Source: Batkoa obscura (taxonomy: Eukaryota). From it: a DNA stretch of 64,000 bases. Each line of letters opens with the position of its first letter. Within the stretch, counting starts at the first letter, position 1. The stretch lies in NCBI GenBank assembly GCA_030770535.1, contig JASVEC010000027.1:1-64000 (forward strand). The letters are read 5' to 3'. Shown in pieces: positions 13,730 to 27,138 of the stretch. The notes under the pieces were generated by a model. That model was not told the origin of the DNA. It ran no database searches and saw only the letters and a list, made by a program, of their open reading frames with translations. Position numbers and translations under genes: made by a program.

Positions 13730-13828
13730 GGGGGTGTATTTTTTTGTTTAAGGATTTTACTAACAATTTTTCCGCTCAAATAGTGCTTGAAAAATGGAAA
13801 AAGTAATGAAATCAAAAAAAACATCCCC
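13730..13828. mobile_element. MITE family A, copy 3 (near-consensus)
   Basis: GGGGGTGT / ACATCCCC termini, ATAT on both flanks. A partial inverted copy lies at ~13672-13707 and a degenerate one at ~13920-14007. Confidence 0.85.
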
Positions 13829-15417
13829 ATATACCTATTTTACCTATTTTAAAAGGTTCCTCAGCTATTTCAATTTACAAAAAACTATGCAAACTAAGTA
13901 GGGTTTCAAAGGAAGATATTGATGGGATGTTTTTATTTTATTAATTTGTTCATTCATTAAATAGATAAAAAGTTAGAAATTCAATTTTAAACAAAAACAT
14001 GTCTATATGCTATTTTTATATATTAATATCTAAAAAAATCATAATTGCTTTTGAAAATTTACAACCAAGTAAATGAATCTCAATATTAGACAAAGCAAGG
14101 TTTTTAAATGTATCTTTGTTATATTAAAATAAAATAAAAATATTTAATTATGAATTTCAAAGTAGGTTTTAAGACCGAATATTTATCCTAAGATTTTAGA
14201 GTTTAAATTTGAATTTAGGCAGGATTTCTAAAAGAAAAATGTACTTTATCTTTTTTAATTGACAGTTCTAAGTTGTTAAGATATTAGGATAAAAAGGTTG
14301 CTTTTAAGAATAATGATTTATCAAAGCTGAAACAAAATTGTTAAACTTTAAGGGTTTAAATATTGATATAAATACTGTCTTAAAGAATCTTGATGATATT
14401 ATAATTTTATCCTTTTATACATAAATTAACGTGAAATAGTTTCCAATTACTTAATTATCTAATAATTTATAAAACATTGAATATGTTGTATGATTTATAT
14501 AAAATACATTATATAAAAGTGACTATGGTTATCTAATATATTTCAAATTCAAATAAGCAAAAGCTTTTTCTGTATAAATATCTATTTTTAAATTCTATTC
14601 AACTAAAAGAGAACCATAAAATGGAATGATGTAATTTTACTATTATTTTATCACCATATAATAGTCAAAAAATTTTAAATAATGTTTTATGTAATAGAAA
14701 AGATCATTTGATTAAGTTTTAACTATATTTGAGCTATTTCCCATTAAAAAGGAGCAGCTATGACTTTTCCATTACTTTAGACAGGGTAGGATAAACGGTT
14801 ATTAACATCAGCGATTTTATTCCATTTAACTAATAAATTAGTAATTAAATCATTGCGCAAAAAAAAAATAGAACTTTAAAAAATAGAGTCAATTCAAAAG
14901 AACAAACTTTTCATACATTTGTAATCAATATTAATCTTCACTACCACATACATTACCTTAACTTGTATTTGTAATTTTATTAAAGGCTTGAAAATACCTG
15001 CTTTTATAATAAATATCTTTATATTGATATACAACTCCTTACACCGCTTACTTTAAAATGTTACTATATGTTATCCTGTATTGAATAAATAAGTAAAAGT
15101 ATATCTAAGGTACAATATTGAACTACCAGTTATTTTAACAATATAATAATAATTTATTATTTATTTCCAAATTTAGAAATCTCCATTTTGATTGAAGGAA
15201 TTTTGAATCCGAACTTGTTTGACCATTTCAATGAAAAAATTTAAGCACCGTTTATTTCCAAATAAAACTATAAAATCCCAAATTGCTTAGATTCTAGAAT
15301 CATTTTATATTTTTAATAACCACTGTATTTTAAATACACTTTTTCTTTTGAATTATTTTATGTTACCTTTCTTATAAATAAGACAATCAAAAATATTTTT
15401 ATCAATTTTTAAAAAAA

Positions 15418-16194
15418 ATGTCGACTAAAGCACGTACTAAGTTTAATCCTGAACAGTTACACGAGTTAGAAAGGCTATACCGGTTTAATTCCAAACCACT
15501 CAAAGAGATGTTAATTGAATTAGGTGAACAAGTTGGTTTAGAATTACGTACTATTCAAATTTGGTTTCAAAATAGAAGAATGAAAGACCGTCATAGTAAT
15601 AATAATAGTAATAATAATAATGGAAGTAGTATTGCTCCAAGTCCTGCTACTACTCAAGAACTCACTGCAAACCATAAATCAAAACAAGAGTTATATAGTG
15701 TCCATGCTGCCAATCGTACTCCATGTACTCCTTCAGTTAATATACCAAAACCTAATAGAAATAACTTTGGGAATATGTTGTTAAATGGATTTGCTTTACA
15801 TTCTGTTGAAAAGGATATGTATATGAATAGTATGCAACGATCAAGGTCCTTTGCTTCTAATTATCAACAATCTAGTCATGGTAGTTATTATAGTTACAAT
15901 GATCAACATGTATATATGAATGAAAATAGTGTTGTTGACCCTTTAATGCAAAGTTATCAAGAAAATGTATATGATAATAATGTAAGTGAAGCATTAAGTT
16001 ATGAATACAATTATAATCAATCTCAGTTAGATAGTACGATGAATGTGAATCCATTTTTAAGTGAGTTTGAAACGTACAATTATCAAAATAGTTATTTTAA
16101 TCAACAAGATTATGTAGGTTATAACCCTAATAACCAAATGTACAATTCAATACCTAATGAGTTTCACCAAACTCAATATCCCAATTTTCTATGA
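15418..16194 (+). CDS. Homeobox transcription factor (N-terminal homeodomain, N/Q/Y-rich tail), intronless
   Basis: RTKFNPEQLHELE...IQIWFQNRRMK homeodomain signature. Confidence 0.93.
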   Translation: MSTKARTKFNPEQLHELERLYRFNSKPLKEMLIELGEQVGLELRTIQIWFQNRRMKDRHSNNNSNNNNGSSIAPSPATTQELTANHKSKQELYSVHAANRTPCTPSVNIPKPNRNNFGNMLLNGFALHSVEKDMYMNSMQRSRSFASNYQQSSHGSYYSYNDQHVYMNENSVVDPLMQSYQENVYDNNVSEALSYEYNYNQSQLDSTMNVNPFLSEFETYNYQNSYFNQQDYVGYNPNNQMYNSIPNEFHQTQYPNFL

Positions 16195-18563
16195 TATATA
16201 TTTTTGTTCAGTAACTTAGATCAGTTAATTTTAGCACCTCTCTCCCTTTCTTTTTTCATTTACTAAATGACAAACAACTTTTAAAAGTTTAATAAATTAT
16301 TTCTATTTTCATATATATAAAATAACCTCAATTTTATCTTTCATATACCCTTATACTTTTAATTTATTATAAATTATTAAACCAATAATATAGTAATACA
16401 TTATAAATAATACAACAACTCATTATTTGATCATGTGAATGAAATTTGTTAAAGTTTATTATCCTTAAGTAAAAGCTAGCAGTATTTTCCATCTAAAAAT
16501 GCGATAGTAATTATTTAGATGGTAACAGTCATTTCCCCTTTTTTCCAATACATTGAATTGATTGGCTCTATCGGTATTATTTTGTTCTATTAACTTATCT
16601 TAAATTTATAAATAGCTGAATCAATATAAGCAATTAAAGGTTTAGAATGCTAGTTAGTTTGACTTAGTTAAATAGTAAACACATTCTAATTATTGATTAT
16701 TTTTTATATATCAAATAAATATCATTATTAAATTTTATCTGTTTATCTTTATAAAATATTATATTGAATTGAAATTTATCTTGAATCTTAGTCAACAAGA
16801 TTTTATTCAACTCTTGTAAATAGTTAACTTATGTAATAAAATTAGAAACGTTGCTTTAAACGAAGGTTGTTGAGAATAAATCAACTTGTAGCAATCTCCT
16901 TTATTTTTAATTAGACTTAAATTATTTTTTGTTTAAAATAAAATTCTATTTTTGTTTAAAACTTAATGAAGAAGATTAGAAACTAGTTAATAAAAATTTT
17001 ATGCCCAATTGAGTTAAACAATAATCAAAAAAAATGGATTAAATTTCATAAAAAATAGATTAGCATAAATGCTGTATTTTTAAATTAGCCAATAAGAATC
17101 AAAAAAAAATTAATAGAGGCAAAAAGTTTTATTTTAAGTTGGCTTAAAAACTTAAATTCATTTAAATATAAAAATAAAATAATTTTTTTTTTATTAAGTA
17201 AATTAATGCCTTTTATCTACCGACTTATCAAGTACAAATCACTATTTCTATTATAAAAAAAACACAACTTTATCTTATTTATTTATAAACAAAAGTCCCA
17301 ATTTTAAAACATTTTTTCAACGAACGATTGACTCCCACGCTCAATTTATTCAATATTTTAATATCACTTTGTTCAATTATTATTCTATTTTGTAATCAAA
17401 TAAAGCTCAAATTTCACACACCACTTAAAACTCTAAATTTAGTAAAATTACTTTGAAAATATTCTTTAAAGTAGTTATTTAAATATAATAGAGTTAGGAT
17501 CTTTTATTTTTACAATAAATTTAATTTAGTATTGAGTGCAAATTCAATAATCTATTACTAATATTGAGCTACTTTTATTTTTTCAATTAATAAATAAAAA
17601 ATAGGAGAACATTACTTTTGAATCTTATGTATTGAATTTGGTATTTAAATTTCATATGCATCTGTTGACTCTAATTACCTATTTGATAATTGAGTTTAAA
17701 AAAGTAATAGTATTAAGATTGAAGAAAAGTTTAATAGTGGAAAAAGGATATACTCTTTTTCAAAAGATTGAAGAGATAATTTTATACAGAAAAACTAATA
17801 GAAAAGGTAAAATAATAACATTTATTATAATATGTTAATTAAACTTTATATCTTATTTTTATCTCTATTTCTTATTTCCCACCTTGAAAATATTGCTTAA
17901 TCTCATACTAAATATAAAAAACTTAAATAACATTAATTGAATGATAACAAATTCATAATCAAGGCATAATTCAATTTCTGTGGCAATTACCACATTATTA
18001 TTAACCAATAAGATAAGTTTTATTTTGATCATTTTGACCACAAGGGAAATTATTATTAGTTGTATTGTAGTATAAATTCCATATATTAAAGTAATTGATA
18101 ATAAGTGAAAAATTAATGTTATTTATAAACTATTAATAGCCTTTTCTCATCTATTTAATTTTCTAATATTCTTACATTTACTTATTAAAACAAATTAACG
18201 GAGTATATTGAACTTAAATTGCCATCTAAATATTGAACCTCCTTTAATTATATTCGGTCAAAATTGACTTTTTTCAGCATAAAATCTAATACATAATAAT
18301 TATTCCGAACAAATATAAAAAAGATAGGTACTTTTATATTCATTAATTTTCAAAGAATCAAATCAAAAGAATCAAGTAATTATTACTTATTCCTTTTCTA
18401 TTTTTAACTTCTCTCTTTTACTTGTATAAATTATTAATTAAATAGGAACTGCTCATTTCATCAATTCACTTTTTTTTTTTATTAAAAAAAGAATACTACT
18501 TTTATCTTTTGTTTACCAATCTTTCCTTTAGTAATTAATTGAAATAATTTCATTCAATTAATC

Positions 18564-21500
18564 ATGGCGATGCGAATGTCGAATCGAGCATCCTCCATGA
18601 TTTCCAGTAGTTATGATCCTAGTAATTTATCGGATCTTACTGAACTTCCCGATGCTACCATCTCTTCCATTTCCACTTGTTTATCTTCCCGTTATCAATT
18701 AAGAGAATATTATACGAATCTTGGTTCAAGAGTATTATTATCTATAAATCCATTTAAAGAAGAAGATAGTTTGAATTATGATCAAGTATTAAAGGATTAT
18801 TTAGCTAATTATCGAAATTTTCAAGATGATAAAGAAAATATGCAACCTCATATATTTAAATTAGCATCTACCGTTTACTTTCATTTAAGGAGAAGTGCTT
18901 TAGATCAATCTGTTATTTTTTGGTAAGTAAATTAACAAATTAATAGTTTTATACAATGCATTAATCTTATTTTATATTATTAGTGGTAGTGTTGGTAGTG
19001 GTAAAAGTGAAAATAAAAAATTATTTTTAAAGGCAATGGCCGGGTTACGTAGTGCTAGTAAAAAAGAAAGCAAATTATATACTCAAATTATTAATTCTGA
19101 ACAAATCTTTGAATGTTTTGGTAGTACATTTACATCTTCTATGACTAAAGCTTCAAGATTTGCTAAATATATTGAATTACAATTCGATAATCGAGGAAGA
19201 ACAATAGGAGTGAAACATTTAGATTATTTATTAGAAAAGAATCGATTAAGTGATAAACAACGGGGGGAATCTAATTTTTTAGTATTTTATCAATTTTTAG
19301 CTGGAATAACTGAAGAAGAAAAAAATCAATTTCAATTAAAAGGAGTAAGTCAATATCAATATTTAATTGGTACTTTTTTTCCATATAGTTTTGAAGAATT
19401 AAAACAACAATTTTTAAATTTAAAATTAAGTTTAAAAAATTTAGGTTTTACTAAAAAATTTCAATCTCAAATTTTTCAATTATTAGCTTCTATTTTACAC
19501 TTAGGAAATATCAAGTTTTATGATCGTTCAAACAAAGATGAAGAAGGTGGGGCCTTAGTGATGGATTATGATGTATTAAGTTTAGCAGCTGATTTTTTAG
19601 GCTTACATCCAACTACATTAGAAGGTTTATTAACTTATCGTACTCAAGTAATTAAAAAAGAAACATGTACAATGTTTTTAGATTGTTTACAAGCTAGTAA
19701 ACAAAAAGATGAATTAGCTAAATGTTTATATTCTTTATTATTTTCATGGATAACTGAACATATTAATACAAGATTATGTTTTGATCAACAAAGTAATTTT
19801 ATCGGTATATTAGATTTACCTGGATTTCAAAAATTAATGCCAACTTCTGGATTTGAACAATTTTGCATTAATTTTTCTAATGAAAGATTATATAATTATA
19901 TGTTATATCAAATATTTGAAGCTTCTAATGATGCTTATGATGAAGATAATATTTTTATACCAAAAATTGATATTATAGATAATCAAAATATTGTTCAATT
20001 ATTAACTAAATCAAGTAACGGTTTAGTATCAATATTAAGTAAACAAGCAAATCGATCTAAAGGACCAGCCAATGATACTAGTTTATTACAAGCTATTCAA
20101 AAAGTACAAGAAAATAATCCCATATTAAATATTAATTTAAGTTTAAATCAATTTACAATTAATCATTTTCAAGAGCCAGTCATTTATGATATCATTGGGT
20201 TTATGGAAAATAATATGGATTCAATTAATCCAGATTTTGTACAAACATTTCGTGGAGAAGCTGATGTTGCTGTTAGTAATAGTTTTATTTCTGGTTTATT
20301 TAATCATCATACTATTTCAACTCAAGTTAATCCAAAAGATAATGGTAATATTGTATCAGCACAAAAGTCTGCATTACCAAGAAGAACACCTTCTATGAAA
20401 AGAGCTAGAATTCAACAATTAGATGAAAATGGAGAATTTGGAAATAAACAAGTGAAAATCAATTGTGTTGCTAATCAATTAAAAGTAGGATTAGATGAAT
20501 TATTTGATACTTTTGATAATACAGAAACTTGGTTTGTGTTATGTTTATGTTTACCAGATTCTACTAATTTTAATTCAGAATCTATGGAAAATCAATTAAA
20601 CTTATATAAATTAGATCAAATGATTTTACGTAAAAAAACAGAATATACAATATGTTATTTACATGAAGAATTTGTATTAAGATATAATAATTTATTAATT
20701 GGACTTGGAATTAATATTAATCAAAAATTTAATGAAATTTGTGAAGCTTTTAAAATAATAATGAATTGGAATAATGAAAGTATTGCTGTTGGAAATCAAT
20801 ATATTTATTTAAATGAGTTATCATGGGTAGAATTAGAAGATGGATTACGTAATTTTGAGCATGGTACAAGTAGTCAAAAATTTGGTTTAATTGCGCCTGG
20901 AATGATAACAGATGATAATCAATCCTTTTATTCTGATGATGACAATAACGGTACTGAATTAGATAGTCAATTAGGAGATTCTTCACAAATTGGAGATTTA
21001 GAATTAATTAGAGAAAAAGGAGATTTAGAATTAATTGATGAAGATGAAGAATTAAATAAGAAACCCCCTAAATCAACAATACGTAAATTATGGATATTAT
21101 TAACTTGGTTATTAACTTGGTGGATACCTTCATTTATGTTAAGTTGTTGTGGACGAATGAAATTAAAAGATGTTAAAATGGCATGGAGAGAGAAAGTAGC
21201 TTTATGTATTTTAATACTTTTAATGTCTGGATTTGTAGTATTATTTATTGTTGGTGTTAATCCATTATTATGTCCAGAAAGAGATATTTATACTGTTGAT
21301 GAAGTAGCAAGTACAAAAGAAAGTACAACTTCTTCCCCATTATATCATTTATATGGAAGAGTTTATGAATTATATGGTATTGCTGGATTAAAAACAAACG
21401 GTCATCGAATGGTATCTACTCAAAAAATGATTGAAAATTTTGGTGGAATTAATGTAGATGATGCATTTCCAATTCAAATTAATCCTGATTTATGTTTAAG

Positions 21501-24222
21501 ATTTGATGGGAATGAAATTGATCCTCAAATTTCATTAAGTAATAAAACTAATAACCCCAATTTTATTAATCATGATCATCGATATTATCGTGGTGAAAGA
21601 AATTACTCTCCTTATTGGTTTGAAAATGTTATTAGATATCATATGAAAAAAGTAGGAGATATTGCCTATACTTTAGATACAATTACTAAAAGAGCAGCTC
21701 AAGGTAGAAAAATAATATTATATCAAGATAAAGATGATAAGAAATCAATATTAAGAGTATTTGATTTTACTCCTTATTTTAATTTATTTGTATTAACTCG
21801 AGATAATGAACAATCCGCTAATTTAAAAACAGAAGGTGACTTTTTAGGACCAGATATGACTCAAATTATTAATAATAATAGTGGAAAAGATATTAGTGAT
21901 TTATTCAAACAATTATTTAAAGATGATTTAGATACTAAAAAAAGAATTGAACAATGTATGAATAATTTATTTTATGCTGGTTTAGTAGATGATCGTAATT
22001 CACCACAATGTATCTTTGCTCAATATTTATTATTAGCCTTATCTATCTTTTTATTTGCTATATTATTTGTTAAGTTTTTAGCTTCTTTACAATTAGGAAG
22101 TCGACCTGAACCTGAAGATCATGATAAATTTGTTGTTTGTAATGTACCTTGTTATACAGAAGATTTAGAATCTTTAAAACGTACAATTGATTCATTAGCC
22201 ATATTAAAATATGATGATAAACGTAAATTATTATTTATAATTAGTGATGGTATGGTTATTGGTGGTGGTAATGAATTACCAACACCAAGAATTTTATTAA
22301 ATTTACTTGGCTCAGATTCAAGTTTAGATCCAGAACCCTTAAGTTTTTTATCTTTAGGAGAAGGTTCAAAACAACATAATATGGGTAAAGTATATACTGG
22401 ATTATATGAAATTCGAGGTCATGTTGTACCATATATTGTAATTGTTAAAGTGGGTAAACCAAGTGAAAGAGTTAAACCTGGTAATAGAGGAAAAAGAGAT
22501 TCACAATTAATCTTAATGAAGTTCTTTAATAAAGTTCATTATGATCATCCAATGGTACCCTTAGAATTAGAAATGTATCATCAAATTAAAAATGTAATTG
22601 GTGTAGATCCTCATTTATATGAATTCGTTTTAATGGTAGATGCTGATACTGTAGTTATGCCAGATTCATTAAATCGATTAGTATCTGCTATGTTACATGA
22701 TATTAAAATTATGGGAATTTGTGGAGAAACTTCAATTATGAATGAAAGAGATTCATGGGCCACTATGATTCAAGTTTATGAATACTATATGTCCCATCAT
22801 TTAGCTAAAGCTTTTGAATCTTTATTTGGTTCCGTTACTTGTTTACCAGGTTGTTTTTCAATGTATCGAGTAAAATCACCAGATAATGATAGTCCCTTAT
22901 TAATTCATGATTGTATTATTAATCAATACAGTGAAAATCAAGTGAATACATTACATAAAAAGAATTTATTTCATTTAGGTGAAGATCGTTATTTAACTAC
23001 TTTAATGTTAAAAAATTTCCCATTTAATAAATTAACATTTACACCGGATGCTAAATGTCTTACTAACGCTCCAGATACATGGGAAGTGTTATTATCACAA
23101 CGTCGAAGATGGATTAATTCAACTGTTCATAATTTATTAGAATTAGTATTTTTACCAAGGTTATGTGGATTTTGTTGTTTTTCAATGAGATTTGTTGTAT
23201 TTATGGATTTATTATCAACAATTATAATGCCAGCTACATTAGGTTATTTAGGTTATTTAGTTTATCGTTTAGCTTCTGATCGTACCAAAGCTATCCCCAT
23301 TGCATCTTTAGTATTTATAGCTGCCCCTTATGTCTTACAAATGTTAGTATTTTTAATACGTCGACAATGGCAACAAATTGGTTGGATGGTAGTTTATTTA
23401 ATGGCATTACCTATCTTTGCATTTTTTATACCTTTATATTCCTTCTGGCATTTTGATGATTTTTCATGGGGTAATACTCGTGTTGTATTAGGGGAAGGTG
23501 GCAAAAAGAAAAAAGTGGCTGTAGATGAAGGTATCTTTGATCCCCAATCTATACCCACCCGTAAATGGTCTGAGTATGAAGAAGAGAATTGGGAAAAAGA
23601 AACTGAAAAAACAAGTTATTCGCATCATTCTTCACCATCTGCTAATTCCTTGAATAAACCACCAATCACCAATGCTTCTCCAATTCCATTTTCGATACCT
23701 GCAATTGATGCTATCCCTATGATGCCTATCATGCAACAACAACAACAAAATTATAGACCAATGTCCACTTTCTCTAGTATGCCTTACATGGCTACCATGA
23801 TGGCAAGTCAAGAACAAATGCCATATCAAACCCAAGTGGGAGGGGGAAATATCCCACCACCAATGATGCAACGTCAATTTACAGATGAATATGTACCCAC
23901 TTATCCAATGGCAAGTAATTCCTCTGTTTATAAAGGCTCTCGTCCAGCCTCTCCAAGTTTTAAACCAATGAAAGTTCATACTCCACCTCAAATCCAATCC
24001 ATGACACCCCCTCTTTTACCCAATTTTCAACCGGGGCCAGAGTTCCCTAATTATCAGGATATCATTGTGAAGATTCGTATGATATTGGCAGAAAGTGATT
24101 TAATGGCCGTGTCTAAAAAACAAGTGAGAGTGAAATTAAGCGAGTATTTTGGGATCGAATTGGATGCGTATAAAGAACAGGTGAATTATTGGATTGAATT
24201 GGTGCTGAAGGGACAATTATAA
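18564..24222 (+). CDS. Class V-type chitin synthase with N-terminal myosin motor domain and C-terminal DEK-C domain
   Basis: One intron 18923-18983 joins VIFC-GSVGSGKSE (P-loop); SRFAKYIELQF and DLPGFQ myosin motifs; NRGKRDSQ, DADT, LGEDRYLT, QRRRW GT2 motifs; WHFDDFSWGNTR; DEK-C-like SDLMAVSKKQVR. Confidence 0.97.
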
Positions 24223-24463
24223 CAGAAGGTATAGGTTTTTTGATAGCTATATGCAATCTTTTTTAAAAAAAATTATAATCTGATCTTCCTTTTACATTTT
24301 TATAGTTGATGTTGTAAAAGGAATTTATTTTACTCTTTTCAATCTTATCTACTCTTTTTAGTTCAAGTATATAATCTATATAATAAATTTTAGTATATGT
24401 AATAATTTTTTACTTTTATTTATAGTTTATAGTTTACATTTTTGTTAAATAATATTTATAATT

Positions 24464-24561
24464 GAGGATGTATTTTTATGTTTAAGAATTTTACTAACAA
24501 TTTTTCTGCTCAAATAGCGCTTAAAAAATGGAAAAGTAATGAAACCAAAAAAAACACCCCC
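24464..24561. mobile_element. MITE family A, copy 4
   Basis: GAGGATGT / ACACCCCC termini, flanked by AATT on both sides (24460-24463, 24562-24565). Confidence 0.85.
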
Positions 24562-24959
24562 AATTATTAAAAAGAATACTCACCATAAAGTTAGATAAAA
24601 GTAGGATACTATAATTAATATATTTAATTGGTTTTATATATTTGACTGCTACAATAAGCTGTAATAACGTAAATGAAGTATTTGTCTACTCATTCGGCCA
24701 ATTTTCGAAACTTAGCCCCAAAACTCCATTTTTGAAAAAATAGCGATTATCTCACTTCCAAAAGAATCAATAGCTTTTATTTCAACAACTAATAGGCTTA
24801 AGAAAAAATCCAAAAGACATCAGTTAAAAATACAATATCTACTTTATCAAAAAAACTCATTTTTATTATTTTATATTTTTGTTATTTGAATTTGCTTTTA
24901 ACACCTATAATAACCCTCAACAAACTTCTTTTTTTCATAACCTTTATTAATTTAAATTT

Positions 24960-25758
24960 TTATAATCCATTTTCAAAATGAAAACTTCTTTTTCCCTCTC
25001 GAATTCTTTCAAGTATATAAGACATACCCATTCTTGCCTATAATTAAATAATTAAATACATATATCTCTAATTAAAAAGCAAACTAGTTACCTTAACTGT
25101 ATTTTTTTCAAATTTATTAACACCAAACCTTTCAACAGCACTAGTGATACCCCAGCCTATCCTAGATATAATTCTTGCTTCTGTTTTAACGGAAGTCCTA
25201 AATAAAATGTATTAATATCACCTTCTAACTTCAACTCTAATAATAAAACTTACCATTCCTTATTTTTACTTGAAACTTTAAAAGTTTGAGTTTCTTCTAC
25301 CTTCATAACTCGCGCATGATTTAAATTTTTTGTTTTAGAAACTAATATTTGATTATTTGGATCCACCGTAGTTTCTTCAATTATATAAGCTTCTGGAGTT
25401 TTAATCAACTAAAAGGTAATTGCATTAATATTCTAAATCCCATTATATACATTTAAAAATCATCATTAAAAATGGATGATACTTTGTTCTACTTACATTC
25501 TCTCCCCATTTAGGCAATTTTCCTTTTTTTAATATAATTCTTGTTGTATGTAATATGCCTTCATTATCGATATATCGATCAATGACATCGGATCCTAATA
25601 CATGGGAAGCAAATGGGTTTGGATAACGTAACCAAAAAGCAAAAGAGACTATTGGCCATGAGTAACTATAGTTGAAAAAGAGTTAGTATCACTGCTTTTG
25701 AAATGGAGGGGTTTTAAGCTTACTCATAATCATGGGTATGTTGATAAATTTTGACCAT
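24960..25758 (-). CDS. UPS1: PRELI/MSF1-domain mitochondrial lipid transfer protein (Ups1-like), multi-exon
   Basis: Not in the ORF track. Spliced reading MVKIYQHTHDYDYSW...FWLRYPNPFASHVLGSDVIDR...TTRIILKKGKLPKW...TKNLNHARVMKVEE...ARMGMSYILE. Confidence 0.92.
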
Positions 25759-27138
25759 AATTTGTGTTGATGTTAAAAATTGAAATTGATTTGAATTTGA
25801 ATTTGAAATAAAGAAAAATAAAAGTCCAAAAATTGGATTTCAAAATGTCGATTTTAAGTTATCAATTTTGAGATGAATTTTAAGTCCTTATTTTAGAAAT
25901 TTTAGAATGAGGGATGAGAAGTGAAGTGAACATAAACGTCATTCTGACGTCAGGACGCATTTATTTTGGTTTCAATTAAATTTGATTTGGAAATTCGATT
26001 AACTTCTGAGCCAATCTTTCAATTGGAAAACTATAGGATTGGTTGGATTTTCAGTAATCAAGAATATTTACCTTATTTAGCTTCCCCATAATTTTTTTGT
26101 CAAAAAAATAAAATTGATTCGGCTATTATTAGTTCCGAAATTCAATGGGCAATAAATTTCAAAATTGAGAAAAAAACAAGAACATATTAAAATTATAGTA
26201 AAAATTAGGTTTTAGGACATGAGAAAGTTTGAATGGAGTATTTGGTAAAGGGGAATAGTTTTATTAAGCGTAAGATAGAACTTTGGTTTAGCTGCTTTGT
26301 GAAATTGGAAGTTATTAGGTCAATTTACATCGGGTTAAAATTTAGAATTATTATTCAAACATAAGACCGTAGCTTTATATTTTCATAAATTATCTTAGCA
26401 GGTTTAAAGGGAGTAAATTATTTACCCTAATAAAGTAGAGTGGAAAACAATAGCCATATCGGGTTAAAAAATTGACTATGGGAAATTAACAGTAGTATTT
26501 ATTCCAGTTTTTCCTTAATAATTTTATATAATTAATTGTTTAAGTCAGCTTATATATTCTCTATAATTGAAATAAACCAATGATTGTTAAACGAGTTCAA
26601 AAGTTATTAATAATATATATATATATATAGTTAATTTTATAGTGTTTTTATTTAAATGTCAAAGTAATATAGATTATTTATATTTTTAAAATTTTCTAAA
26701 TTACAAATTGATAAAGTAATATAACTATTAATATTAATATTGATAGAAATAAAGATTTGAATTGCTTTATGTTTTTATTAGTACTTAATTCTTACAAATA
26801 AATACTTATCTAAAATTAAATTATATTGTCTTTTTAGGTCCAATTGAACTAAAAGAATATTAGCGTAATCTTTGTATTTAAATATATTTAGTAAAACAAT
26901 GAATCTGATTTTAACCTGAATAATAGTATTATAAATCAACATTTTAAAACAAATCATAACTCATTCAAACAAAAAAGTATAATACTAACCTCTTAAATTC
27001 AAAATAAAACTTATACTAAAAAATCAAAGCTCTATTTCTATATTAATTTAATAAATAATAATGACATTAACTACTCAAAACCATTCAACACATTTTCAAC
27101 GATCTATATTATAACTAAATGACTCCTCCCAGCCTCTC

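Noticed and set aside
13624..13830. 68-aa ORF (likewise 38761-38988)
   Set aside because: Chance frames running through MITE copies.
23632..23997. Antisense/overlapping short ORFs inside chitin synthase, Cdc20-like, RRN7, TRM10, P450 and F-box genes
   Set aside because: No motifs; explained by the codon bias of the real gene.
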